Part shown: in pieces, positions 40,341-52,537 of the stretch
Position numbering within the stretch: the first letter of the stretch is position 1
Layout of the letters: every line of letters starts with the position of its first letter
Assembly (NCBI RefSeq): GCF_009914755.1
Contig: NC_060942.1
Source: the human T2T-CHM13v2.0 reference genome, Homo sapiens
Length of the DNA stretch: 64,000 nucleotides
Strand: one strand, 5' to 3'
Notes under the pieces: generated by a model
The model's input: only the letters and a program-made list of their open reading frames with translations
Told to the model about the DNA's origin: nothing
Database searches by the model: none
Program-made: the position numbers and the translations under genes

Positions 40341-40799
40341 ATCACCCTACCCACTTCCTACTCAAGAAAGAAAGAAAGAAAAGCAGATTTCGGGTATTTC
40401 TTTCTACCCAACATTAGAGGCAACTTTAGTTATAAGGACAAACACTGTAATCAATTTGTCAATCTATAGTTATACACTGACCATACACTACTCAATTATT
40501 TCTAATCATGATTTCATAAAAGAAATAATTAACTGCCATTACTAGGGGAAACCTTTCCTAATTCGTTGGGAAAGGAAAAGCTAAGATACAGTTACACACA
40601 CTAAACTTCAGGCAGTTTCTGTTGACCAGAACCTGAGCAAGTCACAAAGTGATTGTGATAGGGAATACACTTAGGACTGCAGGTAGCTGAGATGAGAAGC
40701 AAGAGATGGAGGGATATGAGGAAAAACAGTGCATGCATATGTTCTTCTACCCTTCATCTTTTGCCGTCTATGGAGAATCATATACCTGACACAAATGTA

Positions 40800-41017
40800 T
40801 GGCTGACACAAGAAGAGCAGGGGTTTGAACTGCTCGGGTCCACTTACAAGTGGGTATTTCTCACCCAGAAATACAGGATTCATAGGATATAAAACTTACA
40901 TATGCAGAAGGCTGACTTTTCCTACATGCCATTCCATGGGCCAACTTTGGGACTTAAATATGCATGATATATGTGGAAATTCTGAAACCAATTTCCCTTG
41001 TAATGAGGGATGACTGT
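40800..41017. mobile_element. MER8-like Tigger (TcMar) non-autonomous element
   Basis: ggtttgaactgctcgggtccactta…gaaggctgacttttc…gaaaccaatttccc…gagggatgactg, followed by TA. Confidence 0.75.
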
Positions 41018-41274
41018 ATTTACATAAAACTATATTAATGTTTTAGTGGCTAAAGAGGTTCTATGGTGCAAAGAGGATGAGAATGTCCCTGTGACAAGAG
41101 GAATGGATTATGTAATGTTTCTGTGAAAACAACATGGAGCACGTGGAACTGTCTGGACTTGAGTATTCCAGGGTGGCTTCCAGAATCAGAGGCAATGAGT
41201 GGAGGAAATATAGTCCCAAGACTATGAAGTAAAGCTCAGATCTAGAGGCCACTGAATAAAGAGGGTATTGGGTA

Positions 41275-42022
41275 CATTCATTACTTATTTTCATAGACCA
41301 ACACCATTAATTATCTAATACCAAATTCATAATACCAACCAGGTTACCTACAGTTCAATTCTGCTCTAACGCTACCTGGAGTTAGTGTTAGACTCCACAA
41401 GACAAAGGGCTCTGTTGCACAATATCACCCTCAATTCAGATGTCAGCCACAATCCTCAGGGACCATCCAAACTTTTGACAAGCCTGGCTATAAATGTGGG
41501 GGTTTCTATGACTCTCTCACTTTTGACAATTCTCTAGAATAACTCAAGGAACTCACTGAAAGTGCTATGCTTGCTTTTGCAGTGTTATTGTAAAGGCTAC
41601 AAATAGGACATGATTTGGAAGGGTTTTGAACACACAGGTTCTATGCCCCCTCTCTGTAGAGGCAGGGCATATCACCCTCCCTGCACATAAGTGTATTTAC
41701 CGACCAATCAGGATGCTCCACCAAGCTTCAGAGGCTTTTTGTTTGTTTTATTGGAAGGACATGCCGGCATGATAAATTAGATTAAATCTTGGCCATGTGA
41801 TTGAGTTCAATCTTCAGCACCCATCCCAACTTCTAATCACATAATTAGCCTTTCTGGGGACCAGCCCTCATCATGAAGCTATCCAGGGGACTCACTTGTC
41901 ACTTCATTAGTATATCAAAGCCACTCACTCCTATCACTCAGGAAATTCCAAGAGCTTTAGAAGTTCTGTGCCAGGAATCCAGTGGAGAGAAAAATAAGAT
42001 GTATTTTTTATTATATCGCACC
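41275..42022 (-). mobile_element. MER21-like LTR
   Basis: cctacagttcaattc…acctggagttag…tatcactcaggaaattccaag…tctgtgccaggaa. Confidence 0.8.
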
Positions 42023-42737
42023 ATTGTTTCATCATAGAACTTATTTTGTTACGTACCAAATTTTGCACTACTTTAAACTTTTAAAAATGTGTTCAATGCA
42101 CATAATGTGGCAGAAATAATAGTAGAAAAAAATCCATATACCCTTTATTGAGTTTCATCTATGATTAACATTTAACCCCATTTGTTCACTGCATCATTAT
42201 CTCTCTCATTCCCTCCCACTTCTTCTACACACATGTGCATGCATGCACGCACACAAACCCACGCACATATTTTTGTCTCTCATCTGTTTGAGGATTCATG
42301 ACATGTGTCATCTGCACTATTCTTAAGGTTAATATAAAAGGCTTTTCTACTTTACTTTCTTCTTTGTCCTTGCAACTGTGGTTATATTTATTAAAGAAAA
42401 TATTTTTCTTCATTTTGTATTTTTTTTAATATTTTAAATTTCAGGCCAGGTTGCTTTATATTAGTTGTACTAATCAGTTGTTCTCTACTTCTTAAAACAA
42501 TTCTTTATTAATTTTATACATTGTGAATGCATAAAATTTTATACAAAGTTTATAACTTGTCTTCACTTTAAGGTGTCTTTTAATTTTAATATTTAATATT
42601 CATATAGTGAAATATATTCATCTTTTTTAAACTGAAAAGTCTTACAAATTCAAAACCTTTCTCCAGATCAAAATCCAAAATATTTTATAACATCTTTTAT
42701 GAAGCGTCTTTTCAAATGTTTTTCCCATTATCTATTA

Positions 42738-44224
42738 ATTTTTTTATTTTTTATTTTTCAGTTTTGTGGGTACATAGTAGGTATATATATTTATGGGGTA
42801 CATAAGATATATAATACTTTGATACAGGAAGGCAATGTGTAAATCAAATTATGTTAAATGGGAGTCCATCCCCTCAAGCATTTATCCTTTTTGTTACAAA
42901 AAATACAATTACACTCTTTTAGTTATTTTAAAATGTACAATTTAATTATTATTGACTATAGTTGCCCTGCTGTGCTTTCAAATACTAGGTCTTATTCATT
43001 CTTTCTAACATGTTTTTGTGCCCATTAACCATCCCCACTTCCCCACCACTGCTCTAATACTCATTGCACCCTCTGGTAACCATCCTTCTACTCTCTATCT
43101 CCATGAGTTCAATTGTTTTAAATAAGTGAGAATATGTGAAGTTTGTCTTTCTGTGCCTAACTTATTGCACTTAACATAATGACCTCCAGTTCCATCCATG
43201 TTGTCACAAATTACAGAATCTAATTCTGTTTTATGGCTAAATAGTACTCCATTGTATATATGTACATTTTCTTTATCCATTCATCTATTAATGGACACTT
43301 AGGCTGCTTCCAAATCTTGGCTATTGTGAACAGTGCTGCAACAAACATGGGAGTGCAGCTATCTCTATGATATATCTCTTTGGGTAGATTTGCAGCAGTG
43401 GGATTGCTGGATTATGGTAGTTCTATTTTTAGATTTTTGAGGAACCTCCAAACTATTCTCCATAGTAGCTGTACTAATTTGCATTCCCACCAGCAGTGTA
43501 TGAGGGGTTCCTTTTCCCCAGATCCTCAACAGCATTTGTTATTGCCTGTCTTTCGGATAAAAGCCATTTTTACTGGGGTGAGATGATATCTCACTATAAT
43601 TTTTATTTGCATTTCTCTGAGGATCAATGATGTTGAGCAGCTTTTCATATGTGTGTTCGCCATTCGTATGTCTTCTTTTAGGAAATGTCTATTCAGATCT
43701 TTTGCCCATTTTTTAATCAGATTAGATTTTTTTCCATAGAGTTATTTCAGCTCCTTATATATTCTGGTTATTAATCCCTTGTCAGACAAGTAGTTTGCAA
43801 ATATTTTCTCCCATTCTGTGGGTTGTCTCTTCACTTTGTTAATTGTATCCTTTGCTGAGCTGAAGCTTTTAACTTGATGTGATCTCATTTGTCCATTTTT
43901 GCTTTGGTTTCCTGTGCTTATGGAATTTTACTCAAGAAATTTTTGTCCACATGAAAGCGGGGGGTTTCTTCAATGTTTTCTTGTAGAAGTCTCACAGTTG
44001 AGCACTTAAATTTAAGTCTTAATTCATTTTGATTTGATTTTTGTATACAGTGAGAAATAGAGGTGTAGTTTCATTCCTCTGCATACTGATATCCAGTTTT
44101 CCCAGCACCATTTATTGAAGAGATTGTCTTTACCCCAATGTATGTTTTTGGCAACATTGTAAAAAATGCACTGTAGGTGTATCAATTTGTTTCTGAGGTC
44201 TCTATTCTGTTCCATGGGTCTATG
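42738..44224 (-). mobile_element. 5'-truncated L1MA (L1MA2-4-like)
   Basis: T-tail then gtgggtacatagtaggtatatatatttatggggtaca. ORF2 remnant …WGKDNLFNKWCWENW…. Confidence 0.9.
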
Positions 44225-44712
44225 TATCAAAGCCACTCACTCCTAACACTCAGGAAATTCCATTTTGTATTTTTGGTAGTTATTTTAATTTTCTTTTTAC
44301 TCATGGTGGTGGGTAAAGATGTTAATGTTTACATGTAGATCTCCAACACCCATTTCCTATTATTCTGAATTGGGGGTCCCCTGGGAGCCAAGGTATCTCT
44401 GCTTTTAAAGAAATGCCTCCACATTATCTTGACCCAGGTAATCTTTAAAAACCTGCTTTGAGGAAGTTAATGCTTTTAAATCATCCCTACATCTGTTGTC
44501 AAGTTTATAAAGTTTTCCATAAAAACTTTTGTAAAGGAAAATATTTTATAGAGCAAACTATTTACTATGCCCATAAAAAAGAATGAGATTGCATCTTTTG
44601 CAGGGACATGGATGGAGCTAGAAGCCATTATCCTCAGCAAGCTAACAGAGGAACAGAAAACGAAACACCACATGTTATCACTTCAATGAGAATACATGGA
44701 CACAAGGAGGGG

Positions 44713-45818
44713 TGTTGTGGGAAGTCAGGGACCCCGAATGGAGGGACCAGCTGAAGCCATGGTGGAAGAACATAAATTGTGAAGATTTCATGGACATTTC
44801 TTAGTTCCCCAAATTAATACTTTTATAATTTCTTACACCTGTCTTTACTGCAATCTCTGAACATAAATTGTGAAGATTTCATGGACATTCATCACTTCCC
44901 AAGAGTATTGATCCAAAAATCAATACTCTTATAATTTCCTATGCCTGTCTTTACTTTAGTCTCTTAATCCCATCATCTTCGTAAGCTGAGGATGTATGTC
45001 ACCTCAGGACCCTGTGATGATTGCGTTATCTGTACAAATTGTTTGTAAAACATGTGTGTTTGAACAATATGAAATCTGGGCACCTTGAAAAAGAACAGAA
45101 TAACAGCAATTTTCAGGGAACAAGGGAGATAACCTTAAGGTCTGACTGCCTGCGGGGCTGGGCAGAACAGAGTTATATTTCTCTTCTTGCAGAAAGCAAA
45201 CAGGAGAAATGTCGCTGAATTATTTTCCCAGCAAGGAATAGCCCTGGGAAAGGAATGCATTCCCAGGGGGAGGTCTCTAAAATGGCCACTCTGGGAGTGT
45301 CTGTCTTATGCAGTTGAAGATAAGGGATGAAATACACCCTGGTCTCCTGCAGCACCCTCAGGCTTGCTAGGATTAGGAAATTCCAGCATGGCAACTTCTA
45401 GTCAGACCAGTTGTCTGCTCTCAAACCTGGTTTCCTGTTAAGATGTTTATCAATGACAATGCATGCCCAGCGGGACATGGAACCTCATCAGTAATTCTAA
45501 TTTCGCCCTGGCCTTGTGATCTTGTTCTGCCATTTGCCTTGTGATATTTCATTGCCTTTTGAAGAATGTGATCTCTGTGACCCACTCCCTGTTCATAACC
45601 CCCTGCCATTTTGAAATCCCTAATAAAAATAAAAACTTGCTGGTTTTGTGGCTAAGGTGGGCATCACGGAACCTACCAATAGGTGATGTCACCCCTGGAG
45701 GCCCAGCTGTAAAATTTCTCTCTTTTGTACTCTTTCTCTTTATTTCTCAGACTGGCCAACACTTAGGGAAAATAGAAAAGAACCTTTGTTGAAATATCGG
45801 GGGCCGGTTCCCCTGATA
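44713..45818 (+). mobile_element. Solo MER11 LTR (ERVK, HERV-K11/HML-8)
   Basis: tgttgtgggaagtcagggacccc…gaacataaattgtgaagatttcatggacatt (x2)…ggttcccctgata. Perfect 6-bp TSD GAGGGG (44707-44712 and 45819-45824). Confidence 0.93.
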
Positions 45819-45944
45819 GAGGGGAACAATGCACACTAGGACCTGTTGAGGGATGGGGGAAGGGAGAGCATTAGGATAAATAGCCAATACATGGAGGGCT
45901 TAATACTTAGGTGATGGATTGAGAAGTGCAGCAAACCACCATAA

Positions 45945-46465
45945 TGATAGCAACAGGAGGCAGCCAAATGCCTAGGCAGATAGGGGAGGGTTCCCAGTGA
46001 AACACCACCTCCAAGTTGAAAACAGTTTAAAGCCTGAAAGCCAAGCTACAAGTTAAATCCTCAGACTGGATTGAGAACTTGTCTTCCTATTTGGTGTGCT
46101 TTCCTCTGATTGATCCCCACTCTTCACCTATTTTACATATACGTACTCTTTCCTAACTGGTTTTATACACTGTTGTGTCCACCTTTGAATGGTGTTTCTG
46201 CTTTAACCTTTTTTGCATACTCACAAACAAATCAATACACATTCCCCATTCTGAGGTCATAAAAGCCCCGGGATCCAGCCACACAGGGGATTTTCCCACC
46301 TTCAGGTAGGGGAACCACCCACCAAGTCCCCTCTTTGCTGAGAGCCTTCCTTTCACTTAATAAATTCTTCTCCTCTCACTCTCTGGTGTCTGCATACCTA
46401 ATTTTTCCTGGTTGTGAGACAAGAACTTGGACCTAGCTGAGCTAAGGAGCAGAAAGATCACAACA
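45945..46465 (+). mobile_element. Solo ERV1 LTR (LTR27-like)
   Basis: tgatagcaacaggaggcagccaaatgcctaggcagatagg…AATAAA…gagctaaggagcagaaagatcacaaca. Near-TSD ataa/atga. Confidence 0.75.
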
Positions 46466-46757
46466 ATGACACATGTTTACCTATGTAACAAAACAAAACT
46501 GCATGTTCTGCACATGCATCCCAGAACTTAAAATAAAATAAAATTTTAAAAACCAGCATGCAAATGAAACAAAAAATAGAAGAAAACAATTTAGTGAAGT
46601 TCTTTTTGCTCTTTATTGTGCAAATATCAATAAATTAGATTGTATCTACTGTATGCTTCTCTCATTTGATGAAATATGGCAGTTTCAGATACTACAAAGT
46701 TTAACATGTATTCTCTATAGTAAAAAATACTGTACACAAGTATTTTTAGTTTAATCT

Positions 46758-47206
46758 CTGTCTGAGGCTGGATTTTCTGTAAGCAAAACCTAAGATAAGG
46801 ATTTGATTCCATGTGATATTTTTTTAAGATAGTGCTCTCAGTAGGCACAGCTTGATGGAATCAGGACAGAGAAAGAAACTAAACCCATGAGTGTCTCAGC
46901 TAGAGTATAGCTCCAGCCTGATCCCCAGGATAACTCTGGACAATAAATTTTACAGCACAGAGGAAAAATCCAAAGCATAGAATCTGGGCTTTTGTAATCT
47001 CATGCCAGTTAGTCATTTGATACCACCAGTAGCAAGGGTAAGGGACATAACTTCTCAAGCAAGGCAGCTTCCATTTGGCAGAGGGAAATTACCTAGAGAT
47101 GAGTGCAGCTGTGTGAGCATTAGCAAACAATAACCATTGCAGCAGGGGGCAGGTGCATCAACTCTATAAAGGGGATCTGGGAAAAGCACCAACCGGGTCC
47201 ACCACA
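46758..47206 (-). mobile_element. LTR33-like ERVL LTR
   Basis: Minus strand starts tgtggtggacccggttggtgcttttcccagatcccctt. Confidence 0.65.
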
Positions 47207-49229
47207 ATCTCAGTATCCCAGTGATTATTTGTCAACTATTTAGCAGAGAACAATCCTGTTCTGAACACCATGTTATCACATCAGATGCCCAGAAAATGTT
47301 TAAATTAGGCATCATAATTTTGGGTAGCCCTTGAAATATACCCGTTTGCATGACTTTAGTAATTAAACTTTAAAAATGAGCAGACAGCTACTGTAAGAAC
47401 ATTTTTAAGGTGATGCATGCTGTAATGCGATGTTCCAGAGTGGAAACAGAAGGCTGTTAATCTGTATCCTCAATGTCACCAGACACTGCTTCTTCTCTTT
47501 CTACTCACTATCTTTAATTGAAGCTATTTATTCATCGCTCCTCCACTTAAATACACCTGCTTTGTATTTTATTCAAATATATGTTCCTGTTTCTTTTCTA
47601 TTCAGTAAATGCTCAATTCATGGTTAATGAGCAACTAAATATACATATGAATATACCTAGGTATATTATAAATATACATATATATATTACTGTAACTGTG
47701 ATACGGCACTTGTCTCCAACATTTCTTTTATGTGACAAAGAAGGAAGACAATCATATAGAACAGTGATTAGTTTAAATAAGATATAATTTACTGCTATAA
47801 TTGGTTAGATGGGCTGTGACTAGGAAGCTAATGAAATGAAAAGCAGTCAAACTTGGTGAAATATTTTTTCTCACTAAGTATCAACAAGTACTAGAAATCC
47901 TGTTGTTATCTAAATAAAGCAATAATATTCCTACTTGGAGGAAAAAAACAGAAACGAATGGAAATTGTTCATTCATAAATTCAGTGTAAATACATATTTT
48001 CAGGTGGTGGGCTAAATATGGAACGGGGAGAAGAATCTGTTTTGCTTCTAAGCTAACACGTTCACACATCTTTTTTTTCTTTTCCAATTTTTCAGATTCT
48101 TAGTACAGATGGTATACCAGGTGGTTTAAAAATCTGCCTGACAACAACAACAAAACTCAAGTAATCACTCCTCTTCTGCAGATGTTGATTTTTGTTCTCA
48201 CGGCAGCTACCAAAATCAGAAACTTCTTTTCCCCTTAACATAAAAACATGCATTTTTAGTTTATTTATACTCAAACCTTAATCCAGAAATGATTTCAAGT
48301 GGCTTATAATGATATCTAAAAACAAACATTTTGTTCACTTAATTATGTTCTGAATCTGTGTTAGTTTCTATTTTCTGAATATTTTAGCAGTTGCCTAAAT
48401 ATTGATTGTAGAAACTAGGATTTGATTTTTATCTCTGAACCTACAGGGATTCCCATTTTCTATCTTGCACCGTCAGTGGCCAGAGCTTAATATTTATGAC
48501 TCATCATTTAGAAATAACATCTCTGATGCAAACAGATGGCATTTATAGAAATGGTGTTGGGGCTCTCTGCCAACACTGGGACATTACGTAGCAAAGGAGG
48601 CATGTCAGGAACAAGCATGAAAGTTGGAGATGAGACAGCCCAGGTGAGCATTAAATTGGACATCTAGACATGTTGATGAGACAACTAGATACTTGACATG
48701 ATTGGAAGATTATGGAAACATGTTACCAATGACAGTCAATAAAGTACTGCATTCAGCCTAATTAATCTTTTTTCTTTAAATGCTATACCTGTTTGCGTTG
48801 TTAGTACCAAACATTAACTTTTATAGGATCATAATTTGATAAATGTTTATTAGCAGTAAACATAGACTAAATATTTTAACCAGTCAAAATGACCTATTTT
48901 TATTAAGTTGGATGCTGCATATGCTCATTTGAAATGCACTAGTACATAAACTTGGTATTCCAAAGAACTTGAAATTCAGAGGTTATAGAGAAGAATAGTT
49001 AGTTTCTTCAGCTCTTATTTCATGGATACTTATAAGGGATGGGTTTTGAGAGTCAAGGAGAAATGCACTAATGGCTACGACCTCCATCAGTACTTGCTAA
49101 ATAAAAATTAAAATTCACTTGAACATGCTCTACTTAATTTGAAAAATATTTAATATCCAGTGGTATATAACATAAAAAATTGAGCTGATACTAGGATAAA
49201 TCCTGCTGTAATAAACAGAAAGCTCTTTC

Positions 49230-50025
49230 CGTATGGCTAATACTACACTAGGTGAAGAGGATTCAGTAATGAAAGAGTAAGACATGGTCTCCTGTCTGGC
49301 TTCATGGGGCTCATAGTCATGTGGGTCACAGCCAAGGGTGATTAGCTTCCTTAGGTAGGATGTGGACGAGAGTCAAATAGTGTAGGTGTGTGTGTGCCTG
49401 GGTTGGGGAAAGGCGGTGTGTGCTACTGATTGACATAATGACTGAGCAGTGCTATAGGTCTTCAATAGGTAAGGCCTAGTCATGGTAAACATCTTGTGCT
49501 GCCTGGGAGAGACCCATGCAATGAAGAATTGCCTTCCCAAAGTGCTTATAGTGTCCCTTTTGAAAAATACTACAGGAAAAAAAGACAATGTGCACTTAAA
49601 ATATGGTGTACTCATATAAAAAATAAAATACAGAATTACAGCACAAATGAACATTACAGCATATATTAGAAATGTCTAATCCAACCTTACAGCTTTAAAG
49701 GATCAGGGATGGTCTTTCAAAAGAAAATGCAACTGAAGAAACAATAAAATTGAATCACATGAAATGTAGTTGGAAGGAGGTAGCTACAGTCTTGAGCAAA
49801 AGCCTGCAGGCAGGAGAGATGTTCCATATAAGGAACAAAAGTTAACATGTATAGCTGAGATTAGACTGCCAGGTAGGAAGTGCCAAGAAATGAAACTGGA
49901 ACAAGGACCAGGGCCAGGTTTTGCAAGGTCTTATAAGGTGTGCTATGGAATCTGCAAGTTCACTGGAGGAAAACAGAAAGTTACTGAAGGAATTTCATTC
50001 AGGAAGGAATATGACCCTAGCTGAA
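49230..50025 (-). mobile_element. L2 fragments
   Basis: taagacatggtctcctg…catggggctcatagtc, and later caaggtcttataagg…gttactgaaggaatttcattcagg. Confidence 0.6.
49400..49572. mobile_element. MER20-like hAT fragment nested in L2
   Basis: gtgctataggtcttcaataggtaaggcc…gaagaattgccttcccaaagtg…atagtgtccc…gaaaaatac. Confidence 0.5.
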
Positions 50026-50231
50026 GTCTAAAATTGTTTCACTTTAATTTGAAGAAATAATGGGATGTTCTCTCAATAGCTTTTTATCTTTGCACTAAAT
50101 TATTTCTGCTACTGCTGTCAATAAGCATTAAAAGTTAGGGATGCACAAGAAAGTAGAGAAGAGGAGATAAACGTTGTATCAGAACATCAATTGGATGCCT
50201 AATGTGGATGGGGCATTTGTACAGCCAGGAC

Positions 50232-50549
50232 TTACACTGTTTCATAGTAATAAAATGCAAGCCACCTAGGTAATCCTAGATTTACTAGTAGGCACGTTAA
50301 AAACTTACAAAGGAATAGGTAAAATTAATGTTAAAATATATTTTATTTAAATCATATATTCAAATATGATCTCAACGTGCAACCAATATAAAAATTTACG
50401 AGATATTTTACTATTTTATTATTTACATACAGAATCTTAGAAATGCAGCAAACATATTACACTTGTAGCATGCCTCTGTTTGTACTACCCACTTTTACAT
50501 GGTCAACTACCACATGTAGATACTGATTCTCACACTGGACAGCACAGGC
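50232..50549. mobile_element. MER33-like hAT-Charlie element
   Basis: aatgcaagccacc…ggtaaaattaat…aatatattttatttaa…ccacatgtag…ctggacagcacag. Confidence 0.75.
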
Positions 50550-51159
50550 ATAATGCTTGTTCGTGATGAGAGAAGAAAAAGTTTGATTATTTGCTATATA
50601 ACTGAATAAAACAGACTTTTCAAATGCTGAAGTGGGAACTAAGCAAAAGTAGAATCCCTATTTGTATCAATTGATTAGAAGGGAGAAAAAGGGAAAACAT
50701 CATGACTCATTGTTTTCTCCCTGCCTATGGATAACTATTAGGCTGACTTTATGTAAACACGGATGATTGTTCTCTTCACAAATCAGGGCACTGTGATTTC
50801 TTTTTTTCTTTTAAACCAAACAGCTACTATAAAACTAAACAGTAAGTGAAAATTTGTATTTATTATAGTGTTTTGTTTGATGTGAATGTTCAAATACTGA
50901 GATAAGCATAAATAGATTGGAAATAGTATTCATTCAAAACCTAATAGCCTGATACAAATTCAAATATTACCATCATTTTAATTCAAAATATTATATACTA
51001 TTTGAATTCTGGCTGTGAAGAACAGAAGAAAATTGCCAGTTCTGTGCTCTATCACAGTAACTGAGATATATAACGGTGACTAGAATATAATAAAAATATC
51101 TAAAGTTTCAAGAGATTATATAAGGTAATATAATCTTAATATAATAAACATTAAGATTA

Positions 51160-51360
51160 AATATGTTAATTCATTTAATCTTCATAACTGTTCTATGAGA
51201 TGGACATTGCCATTAAAGTCATTTTATGGATGAGTAAATAACAGTTCCTAGAGACTAAATTATGTATAAACATAGATACAACTTAATAAAGATCATTAAT
51301 TTTATTGTAGGTGGGAAATTCAGGGATTTGAACCCACAGAGTTTAGTTCTACAGCGATTT
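51160..51360 (-). mobile_element. MIR
   Basis: ttaattcatttaatcttcataac…cattttatggatgagtaaa…ggatttgaacccac. Confidence 0.7.
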
Positions 51361-52189
51361 TCTTCATTATTACTGAATATTGCATTCAATAGTTATTTGT
51401 TGAATGAATGAAGCATCAATTTTCTCACGAAATGTGTTGCATTTGAATATGACACACAATGATTTTAAGGGTAAGAGAAGGAAGCAATACAGTTGGGTCG
51501 TGAATGGCTTCAAGGGAAAAGTAGGACTTAAGTGGAACATTGGGGGATAAGGAAGATTTAAACATGCTGAGTACCATATCCAGTGTATTTTGTGCATAAA
51601 GAAGTATAGAAGTAGAGTGTGAAGCAGGTGATTAACTTGGATTTCAGGCAACAGTGCAGTCACAGTTCAGAATGGTCCACATGAAAGACCAGACTTAACA
51701 GTGGTTCAGATGTGGGCTTTGGAAAATGCAGTGGTTCCCTTCTGTCTTCTCTGTTTAGTCCAACATAAAAGACTATTTCAAGGGGAGAGTGTCCTCAATC
51801 TATGGACCTCCTTGTTGTATAGAATATATTAGCCTGGCTGTTGTCCCTTTTGGGTTCATATGTTTTTGGCATGAATCTTTCCAATATGAAATGCACAGGC
51901 ACATGATACATAAGGCAAGATTGAGTAAATACTAGGGCTCACAACCTGTAAAGTATCCAAGTGTTCCAGGAATTCTTCTTGCATGTTCCAACCTCTTTCC
52001 ACTGTACCACCTCCAGATTTGATTTGATGTTCTGGCTTTTGTGTTCTGCTCCACATTTCACCATCAAATCTTATCTACCCGGACAGATATTTTGCTGCGA
52101 TTGAAAACCCTGTCATAAGCATCCTTGCATTCCCGATGCCTAGCACTGAAGGTGGCATATTGGAATAATTAATTGTACCACAGTTATGA

Positions 52190-52372
52190 GCAAAGACTCC
52201 ATGTGCACCCTGTACAGCTTTGGCTCTTGTCACTGCCACTTATCAGCTGTGTGACCTTGAACAAGTTACCTACACATAGAGTTATTGTGAGGACTAGGTG
52301 AGTTAAATATATGCAATGCCCTAGATCAGTACCTGGGTCATGTAAGTGTTATATAAGATTCACTGTTATATT
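52190..52372 (+). mobile_element. MIR
   Basis: ctgccacttatcagctgtgtgaccttgaacaagttac…agagttattgtgaggact. Confidence 0.8.
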
Positions 52373-52537
52373 CGTTATTGTTTTTGAACTGAATTTTAAG
52401 GGGTAAAAGAACTCTCTTTTATGCAGAGATCTGTCTGCCTTACCCTTCCCTTATATGGAAATTTTTAAAATTTTTATGCTAAATGTAGTAGACTTTTACT
52501 CTATAGTCATTTGTTTCCATTATTAGGACTGTAATTA

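Larger units (their letters stand above)
44562..46550 (+). mobile_element. L1PA 3' end split by two LTR insertions (parts 44562-44712, 45819-45944, 46466-46550)
   Basis: The L1 3'UTR reads continuously once the LTRs are removed: ggacacaaggagggg|aacaatgcacac…gcaaaccaccat|gacacatgtttacctatgtaac…A-tail. Confidence 0.9.

Noticed and set aside
44768-44890. Direct repeat gaacataaattgtgaagatttcatggacatt resembling a CRISPR repeat-spacer unit
   Set aside because: Only two copies, an intrinsic MER11 feature, in a eukaryotic context with no cas genes.
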